Assembly: GCA_038890745.1 (NCBI GenBank)
Contig: JAWAFD010000003.1
Location: forward strand, 77,375-141,374
Origin: Candidatus Anstonellales archaeon
GTDB lineage: Archaea > Micrarchaeota > Micrarchaeia > Anstonellales > J096
Length of the DNA stretch: 64,000 nt
Direction: 5' to 3'
In this document: in pieces, positions 8,109 to 17,148 of the stretch
Layout: each line of letters opens with the position of its first letter
Position numbering within the stretch: the first letter of the stretch is position 1
Made by a program: the position numbers and the translations under genes
Notes under the pieces: generated by a model
The model's database searches: none
The model's input: the letters and a program-made list of their open reading frames with translations, nothing else
Told to the model about the DNA's origin: nothing

Positions 8109-8897
8109 ATGAAAGCAAATGTTTACGATGTTGATGGAAAGGTTGCCAAGGAAATAAAACTGCCCGAGGTGTTCAGCGAGGAATACAGAGAGGAAATAAT
8201 AAGAAGAGCGGTTTTGAGCGAGGAGAGCAAGCTCAGGCAGCCGAAAGGAGCGTACAAGCTCGCAGGAAAGGAAACATCAGCAAGGTATAAGGGTGAAAAG
8301 GATACTTTTGGAAGTCTGAAAAACAGGGGACAGGCAAAACTTCCGAGGGAATTTTTCGGCAAGGGAAGGTGGGGCAGGGTAAGAAGAGTCCCCCATTCAG
8401 TAAAGGGAAGAAGGGCCCATCCACCCAAAGTTGAAAAAATAATTGTTGAAAAAATGAACAGAAAAGAATGGATCATAGCATTGCGTTCTGCCCTTGCTGC
8501 TACTGCAAACATAAAGCTTGTTCAAAAGAGAGGGCATAGGGTAAAGGAAAGCCCGGTAATTCTGAGTGATGAGTTTGAAAAAATTGAAAAAACAAAAAAT
8601 TTCCACGCAGCACTTTCAAAAATAATAGGTGAGGATTTAGAGAGAAGTAAAAACGGAAAAAAGGTTAGGAGTGGAGTAAGAAGGAGAAAAGGAGGAGTGA
8701 TCTATCCAAAATCAGCGCTTTTCGTTGCAGTCAGCGATGGTGCAATAAGATCAGCGAGGAACATTCCGGGCATAGATGCGGTGAAGCCAGAGGAGTTAAA
8801 GGTAAGACTTCTTGCACCGGGAGCAAAAGCAGGAAGGCTTGCGGTGTATACCGAAAGCGCGCTCAAGAAAATAGAGGAGATATGGGGGAGAAAATGA
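8109..8897 (+). CDS. rpl4: 50S ribosomal protein uL4
   Basis: KGRRAHPPK, RNIPGID, LAPGAKAGRL. Confidence 0.97.
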   Translation: MKANVYDVDGKVAKEIKLPEVFSEEYREEIIRRAVLSEESKLRQPKGAYKLAGKETSARYKGEKDTFGSLKNRGQAKLPREFFGKGRWGRVRRVPHSVKGRRAHPPKVEKIIVEKMNRKEWIIALRSALAATANIKLVQKRGHRVKESPVILSDEFEKIEKTKNFHAALSKIIGEDLERSKNGKKVRSGVRRRKGGVIYPKSALFVAVSDGAIRSARNIPGIDAVKPEELKVRLLAPGAKAGRLAVYTESALKKIEEIWGRK

Positions 8898-9148
8898 GCG
8901 AAAAAATTATCCTTGATGTCCTGAGAACAGAAAAATCAGTTTCGCTTACAGAGTTCCAGCACACCATTCCTTTCGTAGTTTCTCTCAACGCGAAGAAGAA
9001 TGAAATAAAAAATGCAATCGAGAGTATGTTCAAGGTTAAGGTTGAGAAAGTGAGGACACACATAAGAAAAGGAAAGAAGATTGCTTATGTGCAGTTCGCT
9101 CCTGAGGTGAATATGGAAGAGCTCGCAACACAGCTCAAGCTTGCATAA
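8894..9148 (+). CDS. rpl23: 50S ribosomal protein uL23
   Basis: TEKS, KNEIKNAIESMFKVKV, KIAYV; operon position. Confidence 0.93.
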   Translation: MSEKIILDVLRTEKSVSLTEFQHTIPFVVSLNAKKNEIKNAIESMFKVKVEKVRTHIRKGKKIAYVQFAPEVNMEELATQLKLA

Positions 9149-9158
9149 TGGTGATGGC

Positions 9159-9911
9159 ATGGGAAAGAGAATAAAAACTAGGATAAGAGGGAAGGGAACC
9201 CCAAGATACCGTGCACCCAGCCACAGGTATTTCACTGATCTTAAGTATAGGAATTATGATGATATTGAAAAAGCAGGCCTACTCAGGGGAAAGATTGTTG
9301 ATTTTGTAGATGATGTTGGAAGAAACGCTTTGCTTGCAAAAGTGAAATACGAGAATGGCGAGAGCGGGTTTCTGCTTGCCGCAGAGGGAATGATTGTTGG
9401 CAACTATGTAGAGGTTGGCGCGCAGGCAAAGCAGAATGTTGGAAACGTTCTTCCTCTCTACTCCATCCCAGAGGGGAGTATGGTTTTCAATTTAGAAAAG
9501 CTACCCGGAGATGGCGGAAAGCTTGTCCGCTCGCCCGGTTCGTACGCGCTGGTTGTTTCAAAAGAAGGTGGAAAGGTTCTGGTTAAACTGCCGAGTAAAA
9601 AGCTCGTTTACTTCAACCCAGAATGCAGGGCACAGCTTGGTGTTGTTGCGGGAGGTGGAATGAAGGAAAAACCATTGCTCAAAGCTGGAAATGCTTATTA
9701 TAAATGGAAAGCAAGAAACAAAATATGGCCGGTTACGAGGGGAGTTGCGATGTCTGTGTACGACCACCCATACGGTGGAAAGCAGCATCATAAAGGAAGA
9801 CCAAGTACGGTTTCAAGGCAGGCTTCTCCAGGGCAGAAGGTTGGCCATATAGCAGCAAGGCAGACTGGCAGGAAGAAGGTGAGACAGCAGGAAAGGGGTG
9901 AAACAGGATGA
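9159..9911 (+). CDS. rpl2: 50S ribosomal protein uL2
   Basis: MGKRI, PGDGGKLVRS, RGVAM...DHPYGG, PGQKVGHIAAR. Confidence 0.97.
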   Translation: MGKRIKTRIRGKGTPRYRAPSHRYFTDLKYRNYDDIEKAGLLRGKIVDFVDDVGRNALLAKVKYENGESGFLLAAEGMIVGNYVEVGAQAKQNVGNVLPLYSIPEGSMVFNLEKLPGDGGKLVRSPGSYALVVSKEGGKVLVKLPSKKLVYFNPECRAQLGVVAGGGMKEKPLLKAGNAYYKWKARNKIWPVTRGVAMSVYDHPYGGKQHHKGRPSTVSRQASPGQKVGHIAARQTGRKKVRQQERGETG

Positions 9912-10312
9912 TAAAGAAGGATGTGTGGAAAGGGTACTCCGAAGAACAGCTTAGGGAAATGCCTTTAGATCAGTTTTTAAAATTGGTGAATTCAAGGGAA
10001 AGGAGGGCGATTAAAAGAGCTCTGGAAGAAACAAACATGGAATACAAAATGCTCATAGATAAGGTAAGAAAAATTAAAAAGAGCGGAAAAATTAAGCCCA
10101 TAAAAACGCACTGCAGGGAGGCAGTCATAATTCCGGAATGGCTTGGCATGAGATTCCTTGTGTATAACGGAAAAGAATGGAAACCAGTGGACATAACTTT
10201 GCAGAGGCTTGGAAGGAGGTTGGGAGAGTTTTCGTTCCCCGTTAAGTTCACAAAGCACTCCGGTCCGGGTGTTGGAGCAACAAGGGGTTCGAAGTTTATT
10301 CCGCTAAAATAA
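9908..10312 (+). CDS. rps19: 30S ribosomal protein uS19
   Basis: KTHCR, YNGK, LGEFS, PGVGATRGSKFIPLK. Confidence 0.97.
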   Translation: MIKKDVWKGYSEEQLREMPLDQFLKLVNSRERRAIKRALEETNMEYKMLIDKVRKIKKSGKIKPIKTHCREAVIIPEWLGMRFLVYNGKEWKPVDITLQRLGRRLGEFSFPVKFTKHSGPGVGATRGSKFIPLK

Positions 10313-10322
10313 TGGTGTTATT

Positions 10323-10913
10323 ATGTATTCATGGAAGCCCGAGAATGTTGAGTTTGCTGCGAAAGCCCGAGTTGAGGGCGTGGACGCTTCATTTAAGGAT
10401 CTTGTAGAGGTTTGCGGAAACATAAGAAGGATGAAAGCTAGCGATGCCCTTTCTTTCCTTGAAAAAGCAGCAGATGGAAAGGTAGCTGTTCTTTACAGAA
10501 GCAACAACAAACATCTTGGCCATAGAAAAGAGCTCGGTGGTAAGAAAGGAAGGTATCCGAAAAAGGCAGCAAAAGTTGTTTTGAAGGTTCTGAAAAACGC
10601 ACTCAACAACGCTATGCAGAAAGGACTTCTTGAAGAAAACCTTTTCGTTGCGCATGCATGCGCAAACAAAAAATTCACCTATCCGCGTCTTCAGCCGAAA
10701 GGGAGGAGGACCAGGCACGATTATGAAACCGCGCGCGTAGAGATAATACTTATAGAAAAAGGCGCAGAGAAAAAAATAAAAGAGGAAGCTAAGGAGAAGA
10801 AGGAGGAGAAGAAGGAAGAGAAGGAGATGAAGAAAGAAGGAAAAGCAGGAAAAGAAAAACAGGAAAAAAAGCAAAAAGAAGAAAAAGAGAAGAAAACTAG
10901 CGGGGTGGAATGA
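10323..10913 (+). CDS. rpl22: 50S ribosomal protein uL22 with a K/E-rich C-terminal extension
   Basis: GRYPKKAA, LKNALNNA; operon position. Confidence 0.95.
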   Translation: MYSWKPENVEFAAKARVEGVDASFKDLVEVCGNIRRMKASDALSFLEKAADGKVAVLYRSNNKHLGHRKELGGKKGRYPKKAAKVVLKVLKNALNNAMQKGLLEENLFVAHACANKKFTYPRLQPKGRRTRHDYETARVEIILIEKGAEKKIKEEAKEKKEEKKEEKEMKKEGKAGKEKQEKKQKEEKEKKTSGVE

Positions 10914-11635
10914 TGGTCATGGAAAGCATTGAGAAAAAATTTGTAGAAGAGCCGATCCTTAAGTACAAAGTGATGAAATTCCTTGAAGAGAACCTGGACA
11001 AGGCGTGGATAGCGAATGTTGATATTCAAAAATCTCCTGTTGCGACACGGATCAACCTTGAGGTACTTGACCCGAGCAAGGTGATAGGGAAAAAAGGAAA
11101 GAGAATAAACGAGCTTTCGGATATTCTGCGCAAGGAATTCAATCTTGAAAATCCGCAGATAAATGTTGTTGAGGTGAAGAGCCAGTGGCTCGAACCAAGG
11201 ATTGTTGCGAAAAGGGCTGCAAAAGGAATAGAAATGGGGAAGAAGGTGAGAGCAGTCCTTCATAGACTCCTTAAAAACGTTATGGAAAGCGGAGCGATCG
11301 GGGTGGAGATTGTTGCAAAGGGAAAACTGGGCGCAAAGGGTGCAAAGGCAAGGGGTTTGAAGGTAAGGGCTGGATTTGTTCCAAAAGCCGGCGAGCCCTC
11401 AAAGGCGGTCAAGAAAGCCCATTACAACGCCATGACAAAATCAGGTATAATAGGAATAAATGTGATGATAGCTCCACCGGATATATATCTACCGGATAAG
11501 AAAATACAGAAAAAAGAAAAGGAAGAAAAAGAAGAACAGGCAAAGGAAGAGATAAAAGAGATAAAGGAGGAGAGGAAGGATGAAAATAAAGGAACTGAGA
11601 GAGCTGGAAGAGAGCAAGCTTCAGAAAGCTCTTGA
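10910..11635 (+). CDS. rps3: 30S ribosomal protein uS3
   Basis: KH motif VIGKKGKRI, GAIGVEI, GKL, GIIGINV. Confidence 0.95.
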   Translation: MMVMESIEKKFVEEPILKYKVMKFLEENLDKAWIANVDIQKSPVATRINLEVLDPSKVIGKKGKRINELSDILRKEFNLENPQINVVEVKSQWLEPRIVAKRAAKGIEMGKKVRAVLHRLLKNVMESGAIGVEIVAKGKLGAKGAKARGLKVRAGFVPKAGEPSKAVKKAHYNAMTKSGIIGINVMIAPPDIYLPDKKIQKKEKEEKEEQAKEEIKEIKEERKDENKGTERAGREQASESS

Positions 11636-11909
11636 GGACGCAAAAAAAGAACTCATCCAACTCGGAAAGAGCAGCAAAAAAAGAGTTGTGCGCAGGCAAA
11701 TAGCCAGGATACTTACTATAATGAATGAAAGGAAAAAGGGAATAGAGTACAAAAAAGAGGAGAAAAAGAAGGAGGAAAAAAAGGAGGAAAAACATAAGGA
11801 GAAAGAAGAAAAGAAAAAAGAAGTTGTAAAAGAAAAAGAAGAAAAAGCAAAGAAAAAAATAGAAAAACCAAAAAAGAAAAGTTTAAAAACAGAAAAGAGA
11901 AGAAAATAG
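11580..11909 (+). CDS. rpl29: 50S ribosomal protein uL29 with a long K/E tail
   Basis: MKIKELREL...RRQIARILTIMNE. Confidence 0.9.
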   Translation: MKIKELRELEESKLQKALEDAKKELIQLGKSSKKRVVRRQIARILTIMNERKKGIEYKKEEKKKEEKKEEKHKEKEEKKKEVVKEKEEKAKKKIEKPKKKSLKTEKRRK

Positions 11910-11924
11910 ACGAGGTGAAAGTTT

Positions 11925-12224
11925 TTGGAAGTATGCCCAAAATGCGGATTGCCTAAGGACCTCTGCGTTTGCGAGGTTCTCCAAAAAGAAGGGTCGAAGA
12001 TAATAAAAGTAAGCGTTGACAAAGCTAAGTTCGGAAAACTAGTAACAATTGTTGAGGGCGTTGATAAAGAATACCTCAAAAAAACGCTTAAGGAGCTAAA
12101 AAGCGGGCTTGCCTGCGGTGGAACTCTTAGGGATGATGTGATCATCCTGCAGGGAGATCACAGAAAAAGGATAAAGGCCCTTCTCATAAAACTCGGGTAT
12201 CCCGAGCAAAGCATAAATATTTAA
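11925..12224 (+). CDS. sui1: Translation initiation factor aIF1 (SUI1)
   Basis: CPKCGLPKDLCVC, LACGGT, LQGDH; TTG start after GAGGTGA. Confidence 0.95.
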   Translation: MEVCPKCGLPKDLCVCEVLQKEGSKIIKVSVDKAKFGKLVTIVEGVDKEYLKKTLKELKSGLACGGTLRDDVIILQGDHRKRIKALLIKLGYPEQSINI

Positions 12225-12245
12225 TGCTCACAAAAAATACAAAAA

Positions 12246-12322
12246 GCCTGCCACTTCCGGTGGCACGGCCGAGTAGGGAGGGCTGAAACCTTCCCGAATA
12301 AGAATGGATGCGCGTATGCGCA
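12246..12322 (+). promoter_or_regulatory. Candidate structured intercistronic RNA upstream of uS17
   Basis: Three hairpins; AGUA/GAA flanks one stem. Confidence 0.4.
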
Positions 12323-12342
12323 AATTTAGGAGGTATGAGAGT

Positions 12343-12732
12343 TTGGAATGCAATGATAAAAACTGCCCTATGCATGGTTCGCTCAGAGTGCGCGGCATGA
12401 TTGTTACTGGCAAGGTGGTAAGCACCAGAATGAGAAAATCTGTTGTGGTAGAAAGGGACCTGCTCAAGCCGGTTTCAAAATACAAGAGAAGGGCAAGAAC
12501 AAAATCAAAGCTTCATGCTCATCTTCCGGATTGTATAAAAGTAAACCTGGGCGATGAGGTTGAGATAGGACAAACAAGAAAACTCAGCAAAACAAAGGCA
12601 TGGGTTGTGCTTAGAGTAATAAAAAAAGAAGGTAAGACTCCGATTCAGAGAAAAGAGGAGATAAAAGAAGAATCGGCGAAGGAGAAAAAACAAGTTAAGA
12701 AGAAAAAAGAAAAGGAAGAGAAGGGTGAATAA
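12343..12732 (+). CDS. rps17: 30S ribosomal protein uS17 (probable TTG start 12343)
   Basis: CNDKNCPMHG, GKVVS, TRKLSKTK; AGGAGGT SD 8 nt upstream. Confidence 0.95.
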   Translation: MECNDKNCPMHGSLRVRGMIVTGKVVSTRMRKSVVVERDLLKPVSKYKRRARTKSKLHAHLPDCIKVNLGDEVEIGQTRKLSKTKAWVVLRVIKKEGKTPIQRKEEIKEESAKEKKQVKKKKEKEEKGE

Positions 12733-12734
12733 AG

Positions 12735-13133
12735 ATGAGAGGCCTTCCTGCAAAGATAGTAAAGACGCTTGTACCTGGCTCAACGCTCGTATGCAACGAC
12801 AACAGCGGAGCAAAAGAACTTATGATAATAGGGGTTGTAGGGTGGAAGGGAAGGCGAGGAAGATACCCAAGGGCAGGAGTTGGGGATATGGTAATTTGTT
12901 CAGTGAAAAAAGGAGACCCAAAAATGGTCGGGACTGTGGTAAGGGCAGTTATCACAAGGCAAAAAAAGGAGATAAGAAGACCGAATGGGATGAGGGTATT
13001 TTTTGAGGACAATGCAGCTGTCCTGGTGACTGAGGACGGACTGCCGATTGCAACTGAGATAAAAGGGGTAATCGCAAGAGAGCTTGGGGAAAGATACCCA
13101 AAAGTAATCGCAATAGCTCCGGGGGTTGCGTAG
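12735..13133 (+). CDS. rpl14: 50S ribosomal protein uL14
   Basis: DNSGAK, AGVGD, FEDNAAV. Confidence 0.97.
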   Translation: MRGLPAKIVKTLVPGSTLVCNDNSGAKELMIIGVVGWKGRRGRYPRAGVGDMVICSVKKGDPKMVGTVVRAVITRQKKEIRRPNGMRVFFEDNAAVLVTEDGLPIATEIKGVIARELGERYPKVIAIAPGVA

Positions 13134-13134
13134 T

Positions 13135-13461
13135 ATGGGAACAGTAAGAACAAGCAGAAAAAAACAATCTACCCTTCCGCTACACAGAAGAAAGGTGCTC
13201 CTTTCAGCCCATCTTTCTAAGGAGTTGAGGGAGAGGATAAAAAAACGCGCAATTCCGGTGAGGAAAGGGGATAGAATAAAAGTTATGAGAGGAGACTTCA
13301 AAGGAAAAACCGGCATCGTTGCTTCTGTCAACTACAAAAAAGCAACCGTTACTGTGGAAGGGATTTCAAAAAGAAACAGCAGAGGGGTGGATGTGCTCGT
13401 GCCGCTCAGACCTTCAAACCTTATGATAGTAGAAAGAAAAGGAGAAGAAAAGAGGGGATGA
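13135..13461 (+). CDS. rpl24: 50S ribosomal protein uL24
   Basis: SAHLSKELR, PVRKGD.IKVMRGDFKG, PSNL. Confidence 0.95.
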   Translation: MGTVRTSRKKQSTLPLHRRKVLLSAHLSKELRERIKKRAIPVRKGDRIKVMRGDFKGKTGIVASVNYKKATVTVEGISKRNSRGVDVLVPLRPSNLMIVERKGEEKRG

Positions 13462-13465
13462 AAAA

Positions 13466-14161
13466 ATGGCAAAGAAAGGAGAAAAAAGGCATATGAAAAG
13501 AATGGCTGCTTCAAAAATCCTGCCCATTACTGATAAGAAAAAGAATGTTTTTCTGAAAAACCTTTCTCCTGGTCCGCACTCAAAAGAGCATGGGGCTCCG
13601 GTTTTGTTTGTGCTTCGGGAGATGCTCGGTGTTGTTTCAAACGCAAGGGAAGCAAGAATCGCGCTGAATTCCGGTAAGGTGTATGTTGATGGAAGGGTTG
13701 TTAAAGATGATGGATTTCCCGTTGGGTTGATGGATGTGATCTCCTTGCCTGATGAAAAAAAGAACTTTAGAATTCTTCTTGATGGAAAGGGAAGGCTTAA
13801 GGCAGAACAGATCTCAGATGGAGAAAACCTCAAGCCCCTTAAAATAAAAAACAAAACAACCGTCAGTGCGGGTGTTTTCCAGCTCACATTCCATGATGGA
13901 AGGACCATACTCACAAAAGATAATAAATACAAACCCGGGGATTCAGTTCTGTTCGAGCTCGACAAGAGAAAAATAACCGAACACATAAAGCTTGCGCCGG
14001 GGGCAAACTGCCTGATTACAGAGGGAAAGCACGCTGGGGCTAGAGGAAAGATTAAGGAGATTGTTGCGAGGATGGGAAGAAAGGAAGCAGTTTTGGATGT
14101 TGATGGAAAAGAGATAATCACGCTTGCAAACTATCTGTTTCCGGTTCCAGAAGGGTGGTAG
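13466..14161 (+). CDS. rps4e: 30S ribosomal protein eS4
   Basis: RHMKR, PGPH, VDGRV, FPVGLMDVI. Confidence 0.96.
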   Translation: MAKKGEKRHMKRMAASKILPITDKKKNVFLKNLSPGPHSKEHGAPVLFVLREMLGVVSNAREARIALNSGKVYVDGRVVKDDGFPVGLMDVISLPDEKKNFRILLDGKGRLKAEQISDGENLKPLKIKNKTTVSAGVFQLTFHDGRTILTKDNKYKPGDSVLFELDKRKITEHIKLAPGANCLITEGKHAGARGKIKEIVARMGRKEAVLDVDGKEIITLANYLFPVPEGW

Positions 14162-14169
14162 TGTTGGAC

Positions 14170-14673
14170 ATGAGAGAGATAATGATAGATAAGGTAACGG
14201 TGAACATTGGCGTCGGGACAGGAGGGGAAGCGCTGGAAAATGCAGAGAAGCTTCTCCACGAGCTTACGGGTGTAAAGCCAGTGAGGACAAAAGCGAAAAA
14301 AAGAAACCCTGTATTTAAGCTAAGGCCAGGTCTTGAGATAGGGGTAAAGGCCACACTACGCGGTAAGAGCGCTGAGGAGTTTCTGAGAAAAGCATTCGCT
14401 TCAAAAAAGAACATCATGCCGGCGAATGCCTTTGACAATACAGGCAATTTTTCCATTGGTATTAAGGAATACATAGATTTTCCTGGTGCAAAGTACAATC
14501 CTAAAATAGGAATGTTTGGTTTTGATGTTTGTGTTACCCTGGCAAGGAGAGGGTACAGGGTAAGCAGAAGAAAGATAGCGAAAAGCAAAGTAGGAAAGAG
14601 TCATAGGATAGGAAAGCAGGAAGCAATGGAATTTGTGAAAAACAAATTCGGCGTTACTATAGAGGGAGGATAA
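14170..14673 (+). CDS. rpl5: 50S ribosomal protein uL5
   Basis: [35 protein letters not shown]. Confidence 0.96.
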   Translation: MREIMIDKVTVNIGVGTGGEALENAEKLLHELTGVKPVRTKAKKRNPVFKLRPGLEIGVKATLRGKSAEEFLRKAFASKKNIMPANAFDNTGNFSIGIKEYIDFPGAKYNPKIGMFGFDVCVTLARRGYRVSRRKIAKSKVGKSHRIGKQEAMEFVKNKFGVTIEGG

Positions 14674-14674
14674 G

Positions 14675-14842
14675 ATGGACGATAAGATAAAAAAGAAAAT
14701 CGATGACAGCATGAGGGGAAAAGGAAAGAGAAAGTGCAGGGTATGCGGCTCGACAAAAGGATTGATAAGAAAGTATGGACTTTATGTGTGCAGAAAATGT
14801 TTCCGGGAGGTTGGTGAAAAAATAGGTTTCAAAAAATACTAA
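14675..14842 (+). CDS. rps14: 30S ribosomal protein uS14 (55 aa, absent from the ORF track)
   Basis: Manual translation [55 protein letters not shown]; zinc ribbon; lies between rpl5 and rps8. Confidence 0.96.
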   Translation: MDDKIKKKIDDSMRGKGKRKCRVCGSTKGLIRKYGLYVCRKCFREVGEKIGFKKY

Positions 14843-14855
14843 TGATGGTGGAAAA

Positions 14856-15242
14856 ATGAGCGTAGACCTTTTGGCTGAGGCCATGAACATAATAAAAACA
14901 AACTCGCAGGTTGGTAAAAGCAGATGCACTGTCAAATACTCAAACCTTATACTAAAAGTGCTTGAGATAATGAAGAGCAATGGATATGTTGAAAGTTTTG
15001 AAGTAATAGAAGATGGAAAGGGAAACAAAATAAATGTTAAACTCTCAGGAAAAATAAACAACTGCGGTGTAATAAAGCCGCGCGCGCCCGTGAAGAGGCA
15101 GGAGTGGTACAAAGCAGAGGAGCAGTACCTTCCGGGTGTTGGAATAGGAATAATCATTGTTTCTACTCCAAAAGGTATCATGACAAACCGAGAAGCTGAG
15201 GAGAGGAAGCTTGGAGGAAGGATGATAGGTTTTGTTTACTGA
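14856..15242 (+). CDS. rps8: 30S ribosomal protein uS8
   Basis: INNCGVIKPR, VSTPKGIMT, LGG. Confidence 0.97.
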   Translation: MSVDLLAEAMNIIKTNSQVGKSRCTVKYSNLILKVLEIMKSNGYVESFEVIEDGKGNKINVKLSGKINNCGVIKPRAPVKRQEWYKAEEQYLPGVGIGIIIVSTPKGIMTNREAEERKLGGRMIGFVY

Positions 15243-15245
15243 TGG

Positions 15246-15761
15246 GTGGAACAAATGAGGGACATAGTAGTTGAGGTTCCTAAGGGAGTTGAGGTAAAAA
15301 GCGATGGTTCTGCTGTGTATGTTAAAGGACCGAAGGGCGAAGCTTCAAAACTCATAAAAGCAAAATTCACGCTATCCGTGAAAGATGGGAGAGTTGAGGT
15401 TGAGGCGGCGAGTGCGCCGCTGAAAAATACAATAAAAGCCCATGTTCGCAACCTCATAAAAGGAGTTACAGAAGGTTTTCAGAAAAAAATGGTGATAAGA
15501 TATGCGCACTTCCCGATAACTATAGAGGTTAAGGGAAAGGATGTGCTCATAAAAAACTTTTTAGGGGAGAAAAAGCCGAGAAAAACAAAGGTATGCGGAA
15601 ACGCAAAAATAGAAGTGCGGGGTCAAGAGATAGTAATCTCAGGTCCTAGTTTGGAGGATGTAAGCGAAACAGCCGCAAACCTTAGAAGAGCAACAAGAAT
15701 AAAAGAGAAGGACGGACGGGTTTTCCAGGATGGAATCTACCCGACTGAGGAGGGCGAGTAG
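15246..15761 (+). CDS. rpl6: 50S ribosomal protein uL6
   Basis: KGPKG, YAHFPI, NFLGEK, RVFQDGIY. Confidence 0.97.
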   Translation: MEQMRDIVVEVPKGVEVKSDGSAVYVKGPKGEASKLIKAKFTLSVKDGRVEVEAASAPLKNTIKAHVRNLIKGVTEGFQKKMVIRYAHFPITIEVKGKDVLIKNFLGEKKPRKTKVCGNAKIEVRGQEIVISGPSLEDVSETAANLRRATRIKEKDGRVFQDGIYPTEEGE

Positions 15762-15762
15762 G

Positions 15763-16134
15763 ATGAAAAAGAAAAAAATACCCTATTTTCATGTTCCTAA
15801 TGCAGGAGGAAAGAAAGGAAAAGTAAGAGTGAAGCCAAGATGGAGAAAACCGCGCGGAGCGGGGAACAAAAAAAGGATGAGATGGAAATCCTGCGGTCCT
15901 TCTCCAAGAGTAGGGTACAAAAATCCTGCCGGGTTGCGCGGGGTACATCCATCAGGAATGAGAGAGTTGCTTGTGAGAAACGAAAAAGAGCTTGATGGGG
16001 TTGACAAAAAAACAACCGCAATAAGAATTGCTTCTGCTGTTGGAAAAAGAAAAAGAGGAATGATTGAAGCGAAGGCAAAGGAGCTTGGATTGAAAGTATT
16101 GAATCCGGCAAAGGTTGAGGGTGAGAAAACATGA
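15763..16134 (+). CDS. rpl32e: 50S ribosomal protein eL32
   Basis: WRKPRG, RGVHPSG, LKVLN. Confidence 0.95.
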   Translation: MKKKKIPYFHVPNAGGKKGKVRVKPRWRKPRGAGNKKRMRWKSCGPSPRVGYKNPAGLRGVHPSGMRELLVRNEKELDGVDKKTTAIRIASAVGKRKRGMIEAKAKELGLKVLNPAKVEGEKT

Positions 16135-16556
16135 GCGTTCATACCGTAAAGAGGCTTGCTGCTGACATTATGGGAATCGGAATCAACAGGGTGAGAATAA
16201 AGCAGGATGGCCTGGGAAAGGTTAAGGAAGCGCTTACCCGGGAGGATGTGAAAGCATTGATAAAAGACGGAATAGTGTACAAGATTCCAGCGAAAGGAAA
16301 TGCGAGTTTGAATAAAAGAACAAAAAAGAAAAGGGCTGGAAAAAGAAAAGGTACAAAATACTCAAGAAAAGGAAGAAAGGTTGCGTGGATGGAGAGAATC
16401 CGCTCCCTCCGTTCCTATCTTGCAAAACTTTTGAAAGAAGGAAAACTTGATAGGAGCAAAAAGAGGGAGATCTACTCAAAAATAAAGGGCGGCCATTTCA
16501 AGGGGAAGAGGCCGCTCTATACATACCTAAAGGAGGCAGGGTATATAAAAGAATGA
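16131..16556 (+). CDS. rpl19e: 50S ribosomal protein eL19
   Basis: KRLAADI, TREDV, GKRKG, WMERIRSLR, KGGHF. Confidence 0.95.
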   Translation: MSVHTVKRLAADIMGIGINRVRIKQDGLGKVKEALTREDVKALIKDGIVYKIPAKGNASLNKRTKKKRAGKRKGTKYSRKGRKVAWMERIRSLRSYLAKLLKEGKLDRSKKREIYSKIKGGHFKGKRPLYTYLKEAGYIKE

Positions 16557-16566
16557 GGAGGAGAGA

Positions 16567-17148
16567 ATGGGAAAAGCAAAAGGTCCGAGATATGTTGTTC
16601 CTTTCAGAAGAAGGAGAATTGGAAGGACAAGGTACAAAAAAAGATTCGCATTGCTTAGGAGTAGCAAACCCAGGTTTGTTGTTAGAAAAAAGAACAGGGA
16701 TTTGATTGTGCAGATTGTTGATTTTGGGTATGAAGGCGATAGGGTGCTTGCGACGGTGAACGGAAAAACAATCGCAAAGCAGTTTAACTGGCCATCCCGC
16801 AGAAACATGCCAACCGCCTACCTCATCGGGCTTTATGCTGCAAAGCTTGCGAAGCAGAAAGGAGTAACCGAAGCCGTTCCGGACATAGGTCTCCATTCTC
16901 CAACTAAAGGAAGCATAGTTTTTGGCGCGATAAAAGGAGCTATTGACGGCGGACTTAAGATGAACATGAACATGGAGATAAGCTCTGAAAGAATAAGCGG
17001 GAAGCATGTTGCTGATTATGCGAAAGTTTTAAAAGAAAAAAGTGAAGAAGAGTACAAGAAAAGATTTTCATCTTACCTGAAGCAGGAAGTAAACCCGGAA
17101 AAGATTCCTGAACTTTTCGAGCAGGTTGTGAAAAAAATTAGAGGATGA
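16567..17148 (+). CDS. rpl18: 50S ribosomal protein uL18
   Basis: GPRYVVPFRRRR, PRFVVR, AYLIG, DIGL, GAIDGGL. Confidence 0.96.
   Translation: MGKAKGPRYVVPFRRRRIGRTRYKKRFALLRSSKPRFVVRKKNRDLIVQIVDFGYEGDRVLATVNGKTIAKQFNWPSRRNMPTAYLIGLYAAKLAKQKGVTEAVPDIGLHSPTKGSIVFGAIKGAIDGGLKMNMNMEISSERISGKHVADYAKVLKEKSEEEYKKRFSSYLKQEVNPEKIPELFEQVVKKIRG

Noticed and set aside
10770..11909. A/G-rich low-complexity DNA as tandem repeats, and Phe/Ser-rich antisense ORFs
   Set aside because: Explained by the K/E-rich protein tails on the + strand.
12224..12286. 20-codon ORF as an rpp29 remnant
   Set aside because: No convincing similarity to Rpp29; kept only as part of the structured-RNA finding.
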